Shown: in pieces, positions 26,182-36,700 of the stretch
How the letters are laid out: the number at the start of each line of letters is the position of its first letter
How positions within the stretch are numbered: the stretch's first letter is position 1
Virus record (IMG/VR): IMGVR_UViG_3300044983_000128
Location: 1-58,834 of that record
From: a virus
Taxonomy: Duplodnaviria > Caudoviricetes
Direction: 5' to 3' (one strand)
DNA: 58,834 nt
Made by a program: the position numbers and the translations under genes
Notes under the pieces: model-generated
The model's input: only the letters and a program-made list of their open reading frames with translations
What the model was told of the DNA's origin: nothing
The model's database searches: none

Positions 26182-28175
26182 TGGCCGATAAGCCCAACTG
26201 GCTCTACGACAGCATCGGCCCGTTTCCTTCGGGCATGAACAGCGGGCTTTTGCCCAGTCAGCTTCCGCACGATACTCTCGCCTACGCCACCAATGCCACG
26301 GTGCGGGGTGGCTACGCTCATCCCCGTCAACCGAATCGTCGCCTCGCCTTGGATTACGGCGGTGATGGCGTGCTTCAAGAGCGCGTTGAATCCGGGCGAT
26401 TCCAAGGTAGCGCCTTTTACCGCGCTGACGATGGCACTGGTTCTTTGATTGCGTCTATCGGCGGGCGTCTGTTCCAGTTCACGCCCAACGGAAAGACCGC
26501 AACGGTGCGCGAAATCACCATCGCACATAACACCATCGTTCAGGTCGGATTCGCTGTGCCGGCGCAGGGCGCTACGGTGACGATTCAGGTTCTCTCGACG
26601 GTCAATCTCGCGGCGAATTATGAAATCAAGATCGGGCCATACAACTACATCATCGCGTCCGTAGATTCAGCAACCGTGCTCACCGTGGAAAACGTTGATG
26701 ACCCAGGCCCGCTCGTGGCCGCTGGTGCCGTTCTCACTTTTTGGGACGTTAATCCGGCATCGCGCACTCAAGCGTGGCTTTGGCAAGCCGAGAAGTGGAT
26801 GATAATTAACGACGGCCAGTCCGTGCCCATCTTCTTCGACGGCGCAACGTCCCGACGCTCAATTCTCGTGGGCGTGAATCCTGAGCTTCCGATTGCTCGC
26901 ATGGGCACGTATTGGATGGGGCGCGTGTGGCAGGCTGGTCCTGACGGGCGCACGTTCCTCGCGGGAGATGCCGTGGGCGGTGCATCCGGTACAGCCGCAT
27001 ATCAGTTCCGTGACGCGGTGCTGCACGTCACCGAGAACACTTATCTCGCCAGCAACAAGGTCTTCTACGTGCCAGGCAACGTTGGCGACATCACCGCCAT
27101 CATCGGCGTGCCCACACTCGACACATCGCTTGGTCAAGGCCCGGTGCAAATTTACACGCCGCAGTTGGTGTTCTCCTGCAACGCGCCCACCACGCTCGCG
27201 GATTGGGCCACCGTCACTAACCCTATCCTTACCGTGTCCGCACAGACCGGCGCATCCGGTCAATACTCCACCGTGCTTTCCAACAGCGATGTTATCTCGC
27301 GCCCGCATTACGGCGTGGCGTCGCTCATCCTCGGGCGGCGCGAATTTCAGACGTGGGGCAATGTGCCGATAAGCCGTGAAGTCAGCGCCGTGCTCGACCG
27401 TGACGACCCCGCCCTGCTCGCCTACTCCACCGCCGCCGTGTTCGACAATCGCCTGCTCATGTCCGCTTCGCCTGTGTTCACGCAACACGGCGTTTATCAC
27501 CGCGGATGGGTGGCGCTCAATTTTGATCTCGTCAGTTCGCTTCGTGGAAAATCTCCGAGTGTTTGGGAATCGGTGAATACAGGCATCGAGATATTGCAAT
27601 TCGTCAAAGGATTGTTCAACGGCGTCGAACGATGCTTCACCTTCGTCCTCTACCTCGGGGAACAAATCCAACTATGGGAAGTGCTGCCCACCATGACCGA
27701 GTCCATCGACGACAACGACGCCAACCCGATTATTTGGTCGCTGGAGACGCCGGGCATGTTCAAGCAGCCCGACCCGCGCAATCCAATCTATCAACGCATC
27801 GAGGACGGATTTATTTGGGTGCAGGACGTGCGTGGGCGCGTTGATTTCGAGATTCTGTGGCGTCCCATCGAGTACCCCTGCTGGCAGCGCTGGACGCGTT
27901 TCTCCATCTGCGCCGACCGCGTCGCCTGCGCCACCGACCCGCTCACCGGCTGCGCTGATATTCGCAACGTCCCGCCACAGAGCCGCACCGAGCTTGGGTT
28001 TGGAAAACCTGAGGGCGCTTGCGATGAAATTGAGGACAGACCATTGGTTGATGCCAAAGAATTTCAATTCAGGATTGTTATTCAGGGGCATTGTCGTATT
28101 ATGGCGCTCAATTTCATGGCGTCCAAAGTACCGCCTCCAAGATTTTCAAAACCTGTTTGCACGCTGCTTGCTTGA
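26181..28175 (+). CDS. Tail tubular B/nozzle (stabilisation) protein
   Basis: 664-aa beta-propeller-like; F..GMNS...P..L..ATN..RGG N-terminus; position in podovirus tail module. Confidence 0.75.
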   Translation: MADKPNWLYDSIGPFPSGMNSGLLPSQLPHDTLAYATNATVRGGYAHPRQPNRRLALDYGGDGVLQERVESGRFQGSAFYRADDGTGSLIASIGGRLFQFTPNGKTATVREITIAHNTIVQVGFAVPAQGATVTIQVLSTVNLAANYEIKIGPYNYIIASVDSATVLTVENVDDPGPLVAAGAVLTFWDVNPASRTQAWLWQAEKWMIINDGQSVPIFFDGATSRRSILVGVNPELPIARMGTYWMGRVWQAGPDGRTFLAGDAVGGASGTAAYQFRDAVLHVTENTYLASNKVFYVPGNVGDITAIIGVPTLDTSLGQGPVQIYTPQLVFSCNAPTTLADWATVTNPILTVSAQTGASGQYSTVLSNSDVISRPHYGVASLILGRREFQTWGNVPISREVSAVLDRDDPALLAYSTAAVFDNRLLMSASPVFTQHGVYHRGWVALNFDLVSSLRGKSPSVWESVNTGIEILQFVKGLFNGVERCFTFVLYLGEQIQLWEVLPTMTESIDDNDANPIIWSLETPGMFKQPDPRNPIYQRIEDGFIWVQDVRGRVDFEILWRPIEYPCWQRWTRFSICADRVACATDPLTGCADIRNVPPQSRTELGFGKPEGACDEIEDRPLVDAKEFQFRIVIQGHCRIMALNFMASKVPPPRFSKPVCTLLA

Positions 28176-28178
28176 GTT

Positions 28179-28733
28179 ATGAACAGACACCTATGGATAA
28201 CCTTGCACTGCGCTCATTGCGGTAAACAGTTCTTGTCGCAAAAGAGACAGACGCGATTTTGTTCGCCTGTTTGTAGGGGCGAAGCCTTCAGTGGCGCCAA
28301 TAATCCAAGATGGAAAGGCGGCAGACAGCTCACAACAGAGGGCTACGTAAAGCAGTGGACGGGCAACAAAAAAAGGGTGCCAGAACACCGACTGCTCGCG
28401 GAGAAAGCACTTGGTCTCCCACTTCCCAAAAAAGCTGTAATTCATCACGTTGATGGGAACGGTCGAAACAACGCTCCGGGTAATTTGGTACTGTGCGAAG
28501 ACACTGCGTATCACAATCTTTTGCACGCCCGCTTGCTCAGGCTTAGAGACAGTGGCTCGTTGGAGTTAAAGCGATGCGACTTGTGCAAAGTGGTAAAGCC
28601 CCTATCCGATTTTTCGCCACATCGAGGCAGATGGGATAAACGGGGTCAAAACTGTATGCCCTGTGATGCAGAGAGGGCGCGTCGTTACCGACAGCAAAAA
28701 CAATTTCAGCGTGCCTCCGCGTTCATCGTATGA
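28179..28733 (+). CDS. HNH homing endonuclease
   Basis: NNPRWKGG, EHRLLAE, IHHVDGN..NN...NLVLC. Confidence 0.9.
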   Translation: MNRHLWITLHCAHCGKQFLSQKRQTRFCSPVCRGEAFSGANNPRWKGGRQLTTEGYVKQWTGNKKRVPEHRLLAEKALGLPLPKKAVIHHVDGNGRNNAPGNLVLCEDTAYHNLLHARLLRLRDSGSLELKRCDLCKVVKPLSDFSPHRGRWDKRGQNCMPCDAERARRYRQQKQFQRASAFIV

Positions 28734-30064
28734 GCGTGCCCGCCGCCGTCGTCTGCGAACCGCAAGTGCCGCCCTGTTGCGAAGGCGCGCTTGTCTTCTA
28801 CGGGCAGGGCAAGACCTACCTTTCGGCGCAGACCGGATTCTTGCTCACGTGCCCGCCGGGGTTCTCGTGTGACGCAGGCTTCTATCCGCATCCCATCATC
28901 GTGCCCGACGGCACAATCCCCTTCACGCCGCCGACCGGCAGCAACCCGCTCCGCATCACCTGTTGCGACGGCGTCGTGCTCGCCTCTTATCTGCCCGACG
29001 GCTTCACGCAGGCGCAGTTCGACGCTGCGGCACAGAGCCTAGTCGATCAGGCCGCGCAACATCTCGCGCAGTGCATGGCGGCTGATTACAACGCAGAGAA
29101 CGCTCATCGCCGGCTGAAGTTCGCCGCCACCAAGTTCACGGTCTGCTTCAACGCGGCGGACAATTCCATCCCGCTCGTCGTCGAGGGCGGCATCGCGCCA
29201 TACACCTTCACCATCGTAGGCGGTGGGTTGCCGCCCGGCATGGTTCTATCATTGGACGGCATCATCAGCGGCGGCACATTTACCGCTGGCTCTTACGTAT
29301 CACAGATCCAAGCCGTAGATGTGCGCGGCAACTCGGCCAACAGCACCTTTACGATTCGCGTTGTGGGCATTACCAACGTCTTCCTTCCACCCATGTCTCC
29401 GCGCGTGGCCTACAACGAGCCGCTCGTGTCGCTATTCACCACCGGGCAGGACACTTGGTCCATAGTCGCGGGCGCATTGCCTGAAGGTTTGTCGCTCGAC
29501 GCCGCCACGGGCGTCATCAGCGGCACGCCAACCGACAACGACGTTGTGCCATTCCCGTTTACCGTCCAGCTCACCGACGAGAGCGACCCGCCATGCCTCT
29601 GCACCGCCGACTTCGTCATAAATTGGTTCTGCGACGGCGAAACTACCCAAGTCATAGATCTCGTATGGGGCAACGTCGGCAACGGCACCGCCGCTATCAC
29701 CAATGGCAACGGCACCTTCAACTATGCCGGCGCTTCCGGTCTAACCGGCCCGCGCATGGTCTCAAACCAACTCTGCACTGATTTTACCTACCCGCTCGTC
29801 GTCAGCATTGACTTCAACGCATCCGGCATCCGTGCCCCGAGCACCTTCGATCTCCAATGGGATTTGCGCTTTAATGGAGTCATCGTCGATACCGTCCAAG
29901 TCGGCGGTGGCGGTGCGGGCGCATGGGCGCTCAACGGCAACGTCCAGCTTACTTGGCCGCTGCCCGTTCAGTCCCTGACGCAAATCCGTATCGACCTCAC
30001 TTTCCAGGGTCTCACCACATCCGTCACGGGCACTTACCAAGTGCGCCCGCTTATACGTCCTTGA
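28730..30064 (+). CDS. Virion protein with Cys-rich N-terminus and two He_PIG-type Ig domains
   Basis: GGIAPYTF...GGLPPGM.LS.DG.ISG and GALPEGLSLDAATGVISGTP repeats. Confidence 0.8.
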   Translation: MSVPAAVVCEPQVPPCCEGALVFYGQGKTYLSAQTGFLLTCPPGFSCDAGFYPHPIIVPDGTIPFTPPTGSNPLRITCCDGVVLASYLPDGFTQAQFDAAAQSLVDQAAQHLAQCMAADYNAENAHRRLKFAATKFTVCFNAADNSIPLVVEGGIAPYTFTIVGGGLPPGMVLSLDGIISGGTFTAGSYVSQIQAVDVRGNSANSTFTIRVVGITNVFLPPMSPRVAYNEPLVSLFTTGQDTWSIVAGALPEGLSLDAATGVISGTPTDNDVVPFPFTVQLTDESDPPCLCTADFVINWFCDGETTQVIDLVWGNVGNGTAAITNGNGTFNYAGASGLTGPRMVSNQLCTDFTYPLVVSIDFNASGIRAPSTFDLQWDLRFNGVIVDTVQVGGGGAGAWALNGNVQLTWPLPVQSLTQIRIDLTFQGLTTSVTGTYQVRPLIRP

Positions 30065-30096
30065 CCTTTCGCCATTAACGGGCGACAAGCTACAGT

Positions 30097-30648
30097 GTGG
30101 CCATACCAGACATCATCCTGCGCACTGAGGTAACGCCCTTCCCGCCCGGTTACTGCCCCGCGTCGCAGCAACAGTTCGCCGACGACATCGCTACTGCCTT
30201 GCAGGTGTTCTTCCCCGCCGAGTTTACGCCCATCATCAAGTCGCCCAACCAGCCGACCGTCGAGCAGCGCGGCTACACTTGGAACAAGGTGGATGCCAGC
30301 ACCGGACAGACCGTGGGCTACTTCGAGTGGAACATCGTCGTCGGGCAATGGACGAGGAATCACTGGCCGCTGGGCGTCATCCCGACGTTTGAGCGGCGCA
30401 TCTTTGTGGGGACGTTGGCACAGCTCGAAGTTTACGACGGTGGCGAGTCTGGCACCGTGTCGCAGAGCACTGGACCGTTCTGGCAGCGCGACACCGCCTT
30501 CACCGACGTGTGGCCGTTGGGCGTCGGTGCGCTCATCGTAGCACCACTCACCACGACCGCTTTCTTTACCACGGCTGCGAACGACCCCAAAGCCATCGGC
30601 GTCTATTTCATCAAACCTACAACCCGCATTTGGGACCGCGCTGTATGA
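30097..30648 (+). CDS. Putative tail protein
   Basis: Position; PPGYCP N-terminus and GVYFIK.T.R collar-like end. Confidence 0.6.
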   Translation: MAIPDIILRTEVTPFPPGYCPASQQQFADDIATALQVFFPAEFTPIIKSPNQPTVEQRGYTWNKVDASTGQTVGYFEWNIVVGQWTRNHWPLGVIPTFERRIFVGTLAQLEVYDGGESGTVSQSTGPFWQRDTAFTDVWPLGVGALIVAPLTTTAFFTTAANDPKAIGVYFIKPTTRIWDRAV

Positions 30649-31685
30649 TTACGTTTGGCGAATTTAAAGAACGTCGCGCTAACGAGGTCGTGGGCGTGTG
30701 CACCGACAAGCCCGCTTTTCGCGACCTGACCAACGAAGCGACCGAGCGTCTCATGGTCCGGGGCAACTTCTGGAGCACGGTAACGAAGTTGCGGACTTGC
30801 GTACGTTGTAATTCATTGGTTTGGCCAAGGGCCGTGGATCAAGTTTTAGCTGTTAACATCTGCGGTATTCCGATTGTTAATAGCAATTATTATTATCAAT
30901 TCCTTCCGATGAACGGCGCTGACTATCGCATGGCGCGTGGGTTCGGGCTGTTCGGCTACGGCGGCATGGGTCGCGGCGTGGGTTGCGGCAATGTGGTCAT
31001 CGCGCACGATGGGACTGTGCCCGTCCAAGCCAACATCAAGTGCAACGAACCGCGCTACATCCGCGCCTTCATCGCTTACCAAGCGGACATCGGCAAGACC
31101 GTCACCATCTTCGGCGTGGACTCGGGCGGCAACGAGATATTCACCAAGCGCGCGGACGGCACATGGCAACCGGGCGTCGTGCTCACCTTCGCGGCGCCCT
31201 ACGTCGGCACTCCCATGCTCATCCGGCAAGTGACCCGTGTGCTGAAGGACGCCACAATGGGTCCGGTGCGTCTCTACGCCTACGACGCCACCAACGACGT
31301 GCTCGAAGATATGGCCTTCTATCAGCCCAGCGAACGCAGCCCTACCTTCCTTCACAGCCAAGTGCGCGGCGCGCGCGGCATGACCGGAAACTCGTGCAAC
31401 GGGCTGACGCAGGTCGAAGCGCTCGTGAAGCTGAGGTTCATCCCGGTTGAGACTGACGAGAACGAGGTGCTCATCGACAACTGGGTTGCCTTGAAACTCC
31501 AAATGTTAAGTATCAGAGCAGAAGACGCCGGAGATAATGCTTCAGCAGAGGTGTTTCAAGCCAAAGCGGTGCGGGAGCTAAATAGGGAGCTCCGGGTGCA
31601 TTGTCCAGAAGATCAAATCCCAATTTCCATAGAAGTGTTTGGAACCGCAACACCACGCGCCTGTGGCATCGGCTGCATCATTTAG
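30645..31685 (+). CDS. Putative head-tail adaptor (tail tubular A-like)
   Basis: LTNEATERL..G.W N-terminus, helical C-terminus; precedes ejection proteins. Confidence 0.6.
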   Translation: MITFGEFKERRANEVVGVCTDKPAFRDLTNEATERLMVRGNFWSTVTKLRTCVRCNSLVWPRAVDQVLAVNICGIPIVNSNYYYQFLPMNGADYRMARGFGLFGYGGMGRGVGCGNVVIAHDGTVPVQANIKCNEPRYIRAFIAYQADIGKTVTIFGVDSGGNEIFTKRADGTWQPGVVLTFAAPYVGTPMLIRQVTRVLKDATMGPVRLYAYDATNDVLEDMAFYQPSERSPTFLHSQVRGARGMTGNSCNGLTQVEALVKLRFIPVETDENEVLIDNWVALKLQMLSIRAEDAGDNASAEVFQAKAVRELNRELRVHCPEDQIPISIEVFGTATPRACGIGCII

Positions 31686-31687
31686 TT

Positions 31688-32644
31688 ATGCCACGCACAT
31701 CTTCACGCCGCACCGGACTTGACGAGACGTTCTACACGCCGCCAACAGGCACCCCACCCTTCAGCCTCAACCCCACGTCGCACGGCGGGCAAGGCCCGTA
31801 CGGCACCGTGCCCGGCGCCATCGGTCTTCCTCCGATTTACAACGACATCGCGGGCGTGTTCCCCGGCTTAGCGGGCAACCTCGCCACTTACTCTGGCAAT
31901 ATTGCGAGCGAACTGGCCGGCGAACTGGACCCGTCCACGATTGCGATGCTTCAGAACACCGCCGCGCAGTTCGGCATTGGGTCGGGGTCGCCCTTGTCAC
32001 CCTACAGCGGTGCCGCCGGCCTTCGTCACGTCGCTGAAGCGTCTGAAGCAGTGAAGGCTAAGGGCGGCGAGCATCTCCTGTCCGCTCTACCTACCATCGC
32101 CAAGACCCTAACCGTATCGCCCGAGACGCAACTCGATCTGGCCAACCGCAACGCGACACTCAACGCCGCGCCTGACCCGCGCCAAGCCGCGCTCGAAGCT
32201 CAACGCCTGTTCGACCTTTACCTCGCCAAGACGCAGCGCGGCGGTGGTGGAAGCCTTTCCTACAGTCCCGGCCCGACCGCACCGCGCAACCTCAACGCGG
32301 GCGCGACGTTCTCGCCTTGGGCCACGTCGCCCATCAACTCATTCGCCGGCACTCTCCAGCAGAACCCGTATCAGGGCATCCTTGGCGGTCAGCAACGCGC
32401 GCCGCAGGATATGTGGGGCGACTTCGCGGGCGGCTTTCGTGGTCCTGAAGGCGGCACTACCGCAACGCCCGGTGGCGGTGGATTCAACGAATGGTTTAAC
32501 GAACCGTTTCTTGGCGGTGGCGGCGGCATGTTCGGCATTGGCGGTGGTGCCCAAGGCGCGGGCAACGATGTGGGGAATCTAGCCGACTGGTTCAACTGGG
32601 ACCAGAACCCAACGCTACCGGACTTTCCTGAATGGGGGGATTAA
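31688..32644 (+). CDS. Ejection (internal virion) protein 1
   Basis: Gly/Ala-rich, helical core, low-complexity tail; first of three. Confidence 0.6.
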   Translation: MPRTSSRRTGLDETFYTPPTGTPPFSLNPTSHGGQGPYGTVPGAIGLPPIYNDIAGVFPGLAGNLATYSGNIASELAGELDPSTIAMLQNTAAQFGIGSGSPLSPYSGAAGLRHVAEASEAVKAKGGEHLLSALPTIAKTLTVSPETQLDLANRNATLNAAPDPRQAALEAQRLFDLYLAKTQRGGGGSLSYSPGPTAPRNLNAGATFSPWATSPINSFAGTLQQNPYQGILGGQQRAPQDMWGDFAGGFRGPEGGTTATPGGGGFNEWFNEPFLGGGGGMFGIGGGAQGAGNDVGNLADWFNWDQNPTLPDFPEWGD

Positions 32645-32647
32645 CGT

Positions 32648-33757
32648 ATGGCACTGCTCGACATCCCGCCCTGGCTAAACGTCCAGCCGTCGTTCTTCAC
32701 GTCGGCGCTGGAAGCTGGCGCACGCACCGGCATCGCCCTGTCTGAGCAGGCACAACGCGCTCAGCAACTCGCCGAAGCGCGGGCAGAGCGCCAAGCGCAA
32801 CAGGCTCAGCGAGCGCAGGAGTTTCAGGACACGCAACTGCTCAACATGCAGAAGCTCTCGCAGGATTATGCGGATCTTCAGGAGCGCAACCGTCACCAGA
32901 CCGCGCTCGAAGCTGGTCAGACCGCGCAGGAATCTCGCCTGCTCGGTTACAACTTGGGCCAGCTTGGCATTCAGCAGCAGCAAGCCGATACTGCACGTCA
33001 ACGCGCCGACACGGAACTAGAAAAGCTCGGGCTTGGATCGGAATACGTGCCCGGTGAGGAAAGCGGCGCGCCCGCGCACTTCTACAACCAGCGCACGGGC
33101 GGTGTTACCATCGTCCCGGCGAGCCTAAGCGGGGCGCAGCACGAACTAGGCGAATACATCCCGGTCAATGATCCTGTCAGCAACGAGCAACTCGGGTTCG
33201 TCACGACGACTGGGCCGAACACAGGCCACTTCACGCCGCTCAAGAAGGAAGGGCTGACGCTCGGCCAACAGATACAGGTGCAGAACTCACGCGCACGCAT
33301 TCTCACCGCGCAGATTCGTGATTCGTTGACCGCACCATTCACCAATAACGCAGCACGCGCCGACTACGTTAAGGTGCGTCGTGACGCCCTAGAAGACGTG
33401 ACCAAGAAACTCGACCAGTTGACGGGTGGCACCGCCGCACCAACGGTGCTTGCGCCGACTAACGCCGTGCCCACCGTAGCGGCGACCAAAGCAGCGCCCA
33501 CCATCGCTCCAGCTACGCCCATGCGTGGCCCGATGACCAATGCGGTCCAAGTGCCGCACCGACCGTTGATTGCACCCGGCACGTTCGAGCCGTCGCTTGC
33601 TGGTGTTACGCCGGGGTCGATTGCGCCGACTGTGTTATCTCCGTCAGCGCCCATCAGCGCAGGCCCAGTGCGCGTCCGCACCAAAGCTGAACGTGACGCT
33701 CTCCCGCGCGGCACACGTTACATCGGTCCAGACGGTCGCGTAGCCGTCAAACAGTGA
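32648..33757 (+). CDS. Ejection (internal virion) protein 2
   Basis: Q/A coiled coil; C-terminal ERDALPRGTRYIGPDG motif typical of ejection proteins. Confidence 0.7.
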   Translation: MALLDIPPWLNVQPSFFTSALEAGARTGIALSEQAQRAQQLAEARAERQAQQAQRAQEFQDTQLLNMQKLSQDYADLQERNRHQTALEAGQTAQESRLLGYNLGQLGIQQQQADTARQRADTELEKLGLGSEYVPGEESGAPAHFYNQRTGGVTIVPASLSGAQHELGEYIPVNDPVSNEQLGFVTTTGPNTGHFTPLKKEGLTLGQQIQVQNSRARILTAQIRDSLTAPFTNNAARADYVKVRRDALEDVTKKLDQLTGGTAAPTVLAPTNAVPTVAATKAAPTIAPATPMRGPMTNAVQVPHRPLIAPGTFEPSLAGVTPGSIAPTVLSPSAPISAGPVRVRTKAERDALPRGTRYIGPDGRVAVKQ

Positions 33758-33758
33758 A

Positions 33759-36700
33759 ATGCCAACTGCAACCAACGAGTTTGGTGACGCCGTTCTCGAC
33801 GCGCCCGCCACGAACGAGTGGGGCGATGCTGTTGCTGCGCCCACGCCTGTAGAGCCTACCGTTCTACCACGCAGTCCTGAAGGATGGTCGCCCGTTGGCG
33901 AAGAAACCGTCCTCACCCCGAAGCAGCAAGCAAGCACCGACGAAATCGCCAATAGACTGCGCCTCAAGGAGCAGATTGAACGTGTCGAATCGCCTGTGTC
34001 CACTGGCTTGCGCGAGAGCGCTCTCGAAGGCGTGCATGCTGTCACTTCCCCACAAGGCTTAGCGTGGGGCGCTGGACTCGTGGCTGCACCGGAAGTTGCT
34101 GGCCCGTTGCTGTTCGGCGTCACCGCTTCGCAGGTAAAACCGACGTTGCAAGAGATTCAACGCGCTCGCGAATCGGGCGACCGTGCGGCGTATTACAAAG
34201 GTATAGGCAATCTCGCGCAACTGGCATACGTGCTCAAAGGCACTGGGCGAAGCGTAACCGACCTACGCCCGCCACTCGCCTCAGACCTGCCGCCGATCAT
34301 TGAGCAGCCGACCGTGCTGCGCCCGCCGTTCCGCCCGACGCCCGTTGCACCTACGGGACCGACGCGATTACCGGGACGACCCGTGCCACCAGAGGCGCCC
34401 GCCCCTGCCGCCGCGCCTGCACCGAAACCAGCGCCTGCTACTGAGACGCCTACGCTAACGGTGCCCGACTACGACCCGCAAGGCATCGGCGCACGTGAAC
34501 GCATCAAGCGCCGTCAAGAGGCTGGCCAAACTCGCGATGAAGCGATTGCTGGTGATGCCGCAGACGTACAATCTACCCGTGATTGGGCCGAAAAGAACAC
34601 GCGCGAAGGTGATGTCATCGAGACACCAATCGGGAGGCGTTATAGGCGCGATGAGTTTGGCGACTGGTATGATGTGTTTGACGGCAAGCAACGCGGTACT
34701 CGAATAGGCGACCCGTCAGGACTGCGCGGCGGTAAGATTGTGCAGCGCGGCACCAAGGTTCGCGGCAGTGACGATGCCGTAATCGTAGGCGAAGAATCGC
34801 CCGCACCCGCCGAGGCACCGAAACCCGCGCCACCCGCGACGATTGAGGCGTTCAACAAGGCGCTTGGCCCGTTGGTGCGAGCGTCTATGAACCAGAAACC
34901 GGGGGACTACGCGCCGTGGCGTGCCTTGCAGCAATGGTTCAAGGACACCTACGGCGTGAGCGATGCCGAAGCGGTTCGCTACGCTAAGGAAGCCGAACTC
35001 GCGCCCGAAAGCAGTCCTGCGAACGCCGGCTTGTTCTACGGCTTGCAGTCGCGCACCGCACCGAAGCCCGCGCCGCTCACGCCCGCCGAGCAAGCCGCTG
35101 CATCCGCGCCCGTCACGACTCCGCTTACGCCAGAAGAACTTGCTGTAATAGATGCTAAGATTGCTCGCGGCGAAGGATTATCGAATGAGGAAGTGACGCG
35201 ATTAAAGAAAGAGGCGAGTGCCGGATTAGGCACAGCGCCCACCACCGAATCGACCGCCGCGCCCGCCGCCCGCGCCGAGGAAGCGCCCGCCGCGCCCCCG
35301 GTCGAGCCGCCCAAGCCAGCCGTCGAGCGTCGCTGGAAGAACCTCGGCGAAGGCCCGTGGGACACTTACGAGGACGCACTACAGTTCGCGGAGAACGAAG
35401 TTGGCGTGGACTACCGCATTACGCAGCGCAAGAACGGCGATTGGATAATCGAAACGCCGGTCGTGCCGCGTGGTCAGCGCAAAGTGGGGCAGCAAGTAGC
35501 GACTGTAACGCCGACGACGCCTGAACAACTCCCCGTCTCCAAGGTCACTGGCGCAGTAGGACTAAGCAAAGACTTGTCAGGCGGCGTGCGCGTAAAGTGG
35601 ACTGGTGCGAGCGGCAAGGAGTATCACGGCGTCACCATCGGAAAGCCGAAGCCCATCAAGATCGGCGGCGTTGACACCTTCGAGGTGATGGTCGAGGAAG
35701 TCGGCGGCGAGCAACTCGTTGACCCGTTTGGCAACATCGACCCGCACGCTCGCAACATCTCGCATCTCGACATCCGCCAGCTTTCCCGCGACGAGAAGAA
35801 CATCACGCCGAAGGGCGCACCAACGGAGCGTCAACTTGAGTCGCCCAAGCCAGCGGCGGCACCCGCACCCGCGCCTGAGCCTGCGCCCGGTGCTGCCGAA
35901 GCGTTACCCCCTATCCAGCGCAAGTCGCCCACGCTTGGCACGCCTGAGCGCGAGGCTATTGAGTCCGCCTTCAACGCCGCCGACGCTAAGCGCACCGAAG
36001 CCTACGAGAAGATCATCAAGGCACAAGGAGAGCGCGACAAGATGGGGCGCTACACGAATGCACGCGAGCGCAAGGAGAAGCAGCTTGAGCGGCTCGAAGA
36101 AGCCTATCGCAAGGTCAAAGCTGACACGGAAGAAGTGATCCAGCAAGGCATTCAAGCGCACCGTGAGGACCGCGCTGGTGACGTCAACCCGCTGGCCGCA
36201 ATTGACGCTCGCGAGCAGCTTAAGCTGATAAGCTCCAATGACGCGTACAATCTCAAGAAGCGATTGCTGGTCGAAGAAGGGCGTCGGCAAGGATTGTCGC
36301 CTGCGGAAGCGGAGTCCGTCGCAATCGAGGCGATTACGTTCACTGCTTTTAAGCCGGATGAACCGCTCTCCAAGATCGTCGAATACCGTACAGGGCGCAC
36401 CCGCTTCGAGACGGTCAAGCGCGAGGCGCAACGCGAGATGGAGACGGTGCTGGAAGAATCTCGCGCGGCTGGAGGCTATGCCCATCGTGGCGTTTCGGAT
36501 TCGCGCATCCGACAAGCGATGTCCAACGCGCACGACAAAGCTGGCGTTGATAAGGCGCTGGCAGAAGCGAAGGAGTTGGCTAGGGAACGCAATGCCGAAA
36601 CCGCTCGCACCACCAAAGCTCGTGCGGACGCCGACAAGGAACGCCAGCAGCGCGAGTTGGAATTGGCGCGTAAGCTACAGTCCGAGGGCAAGCTGTTCTG

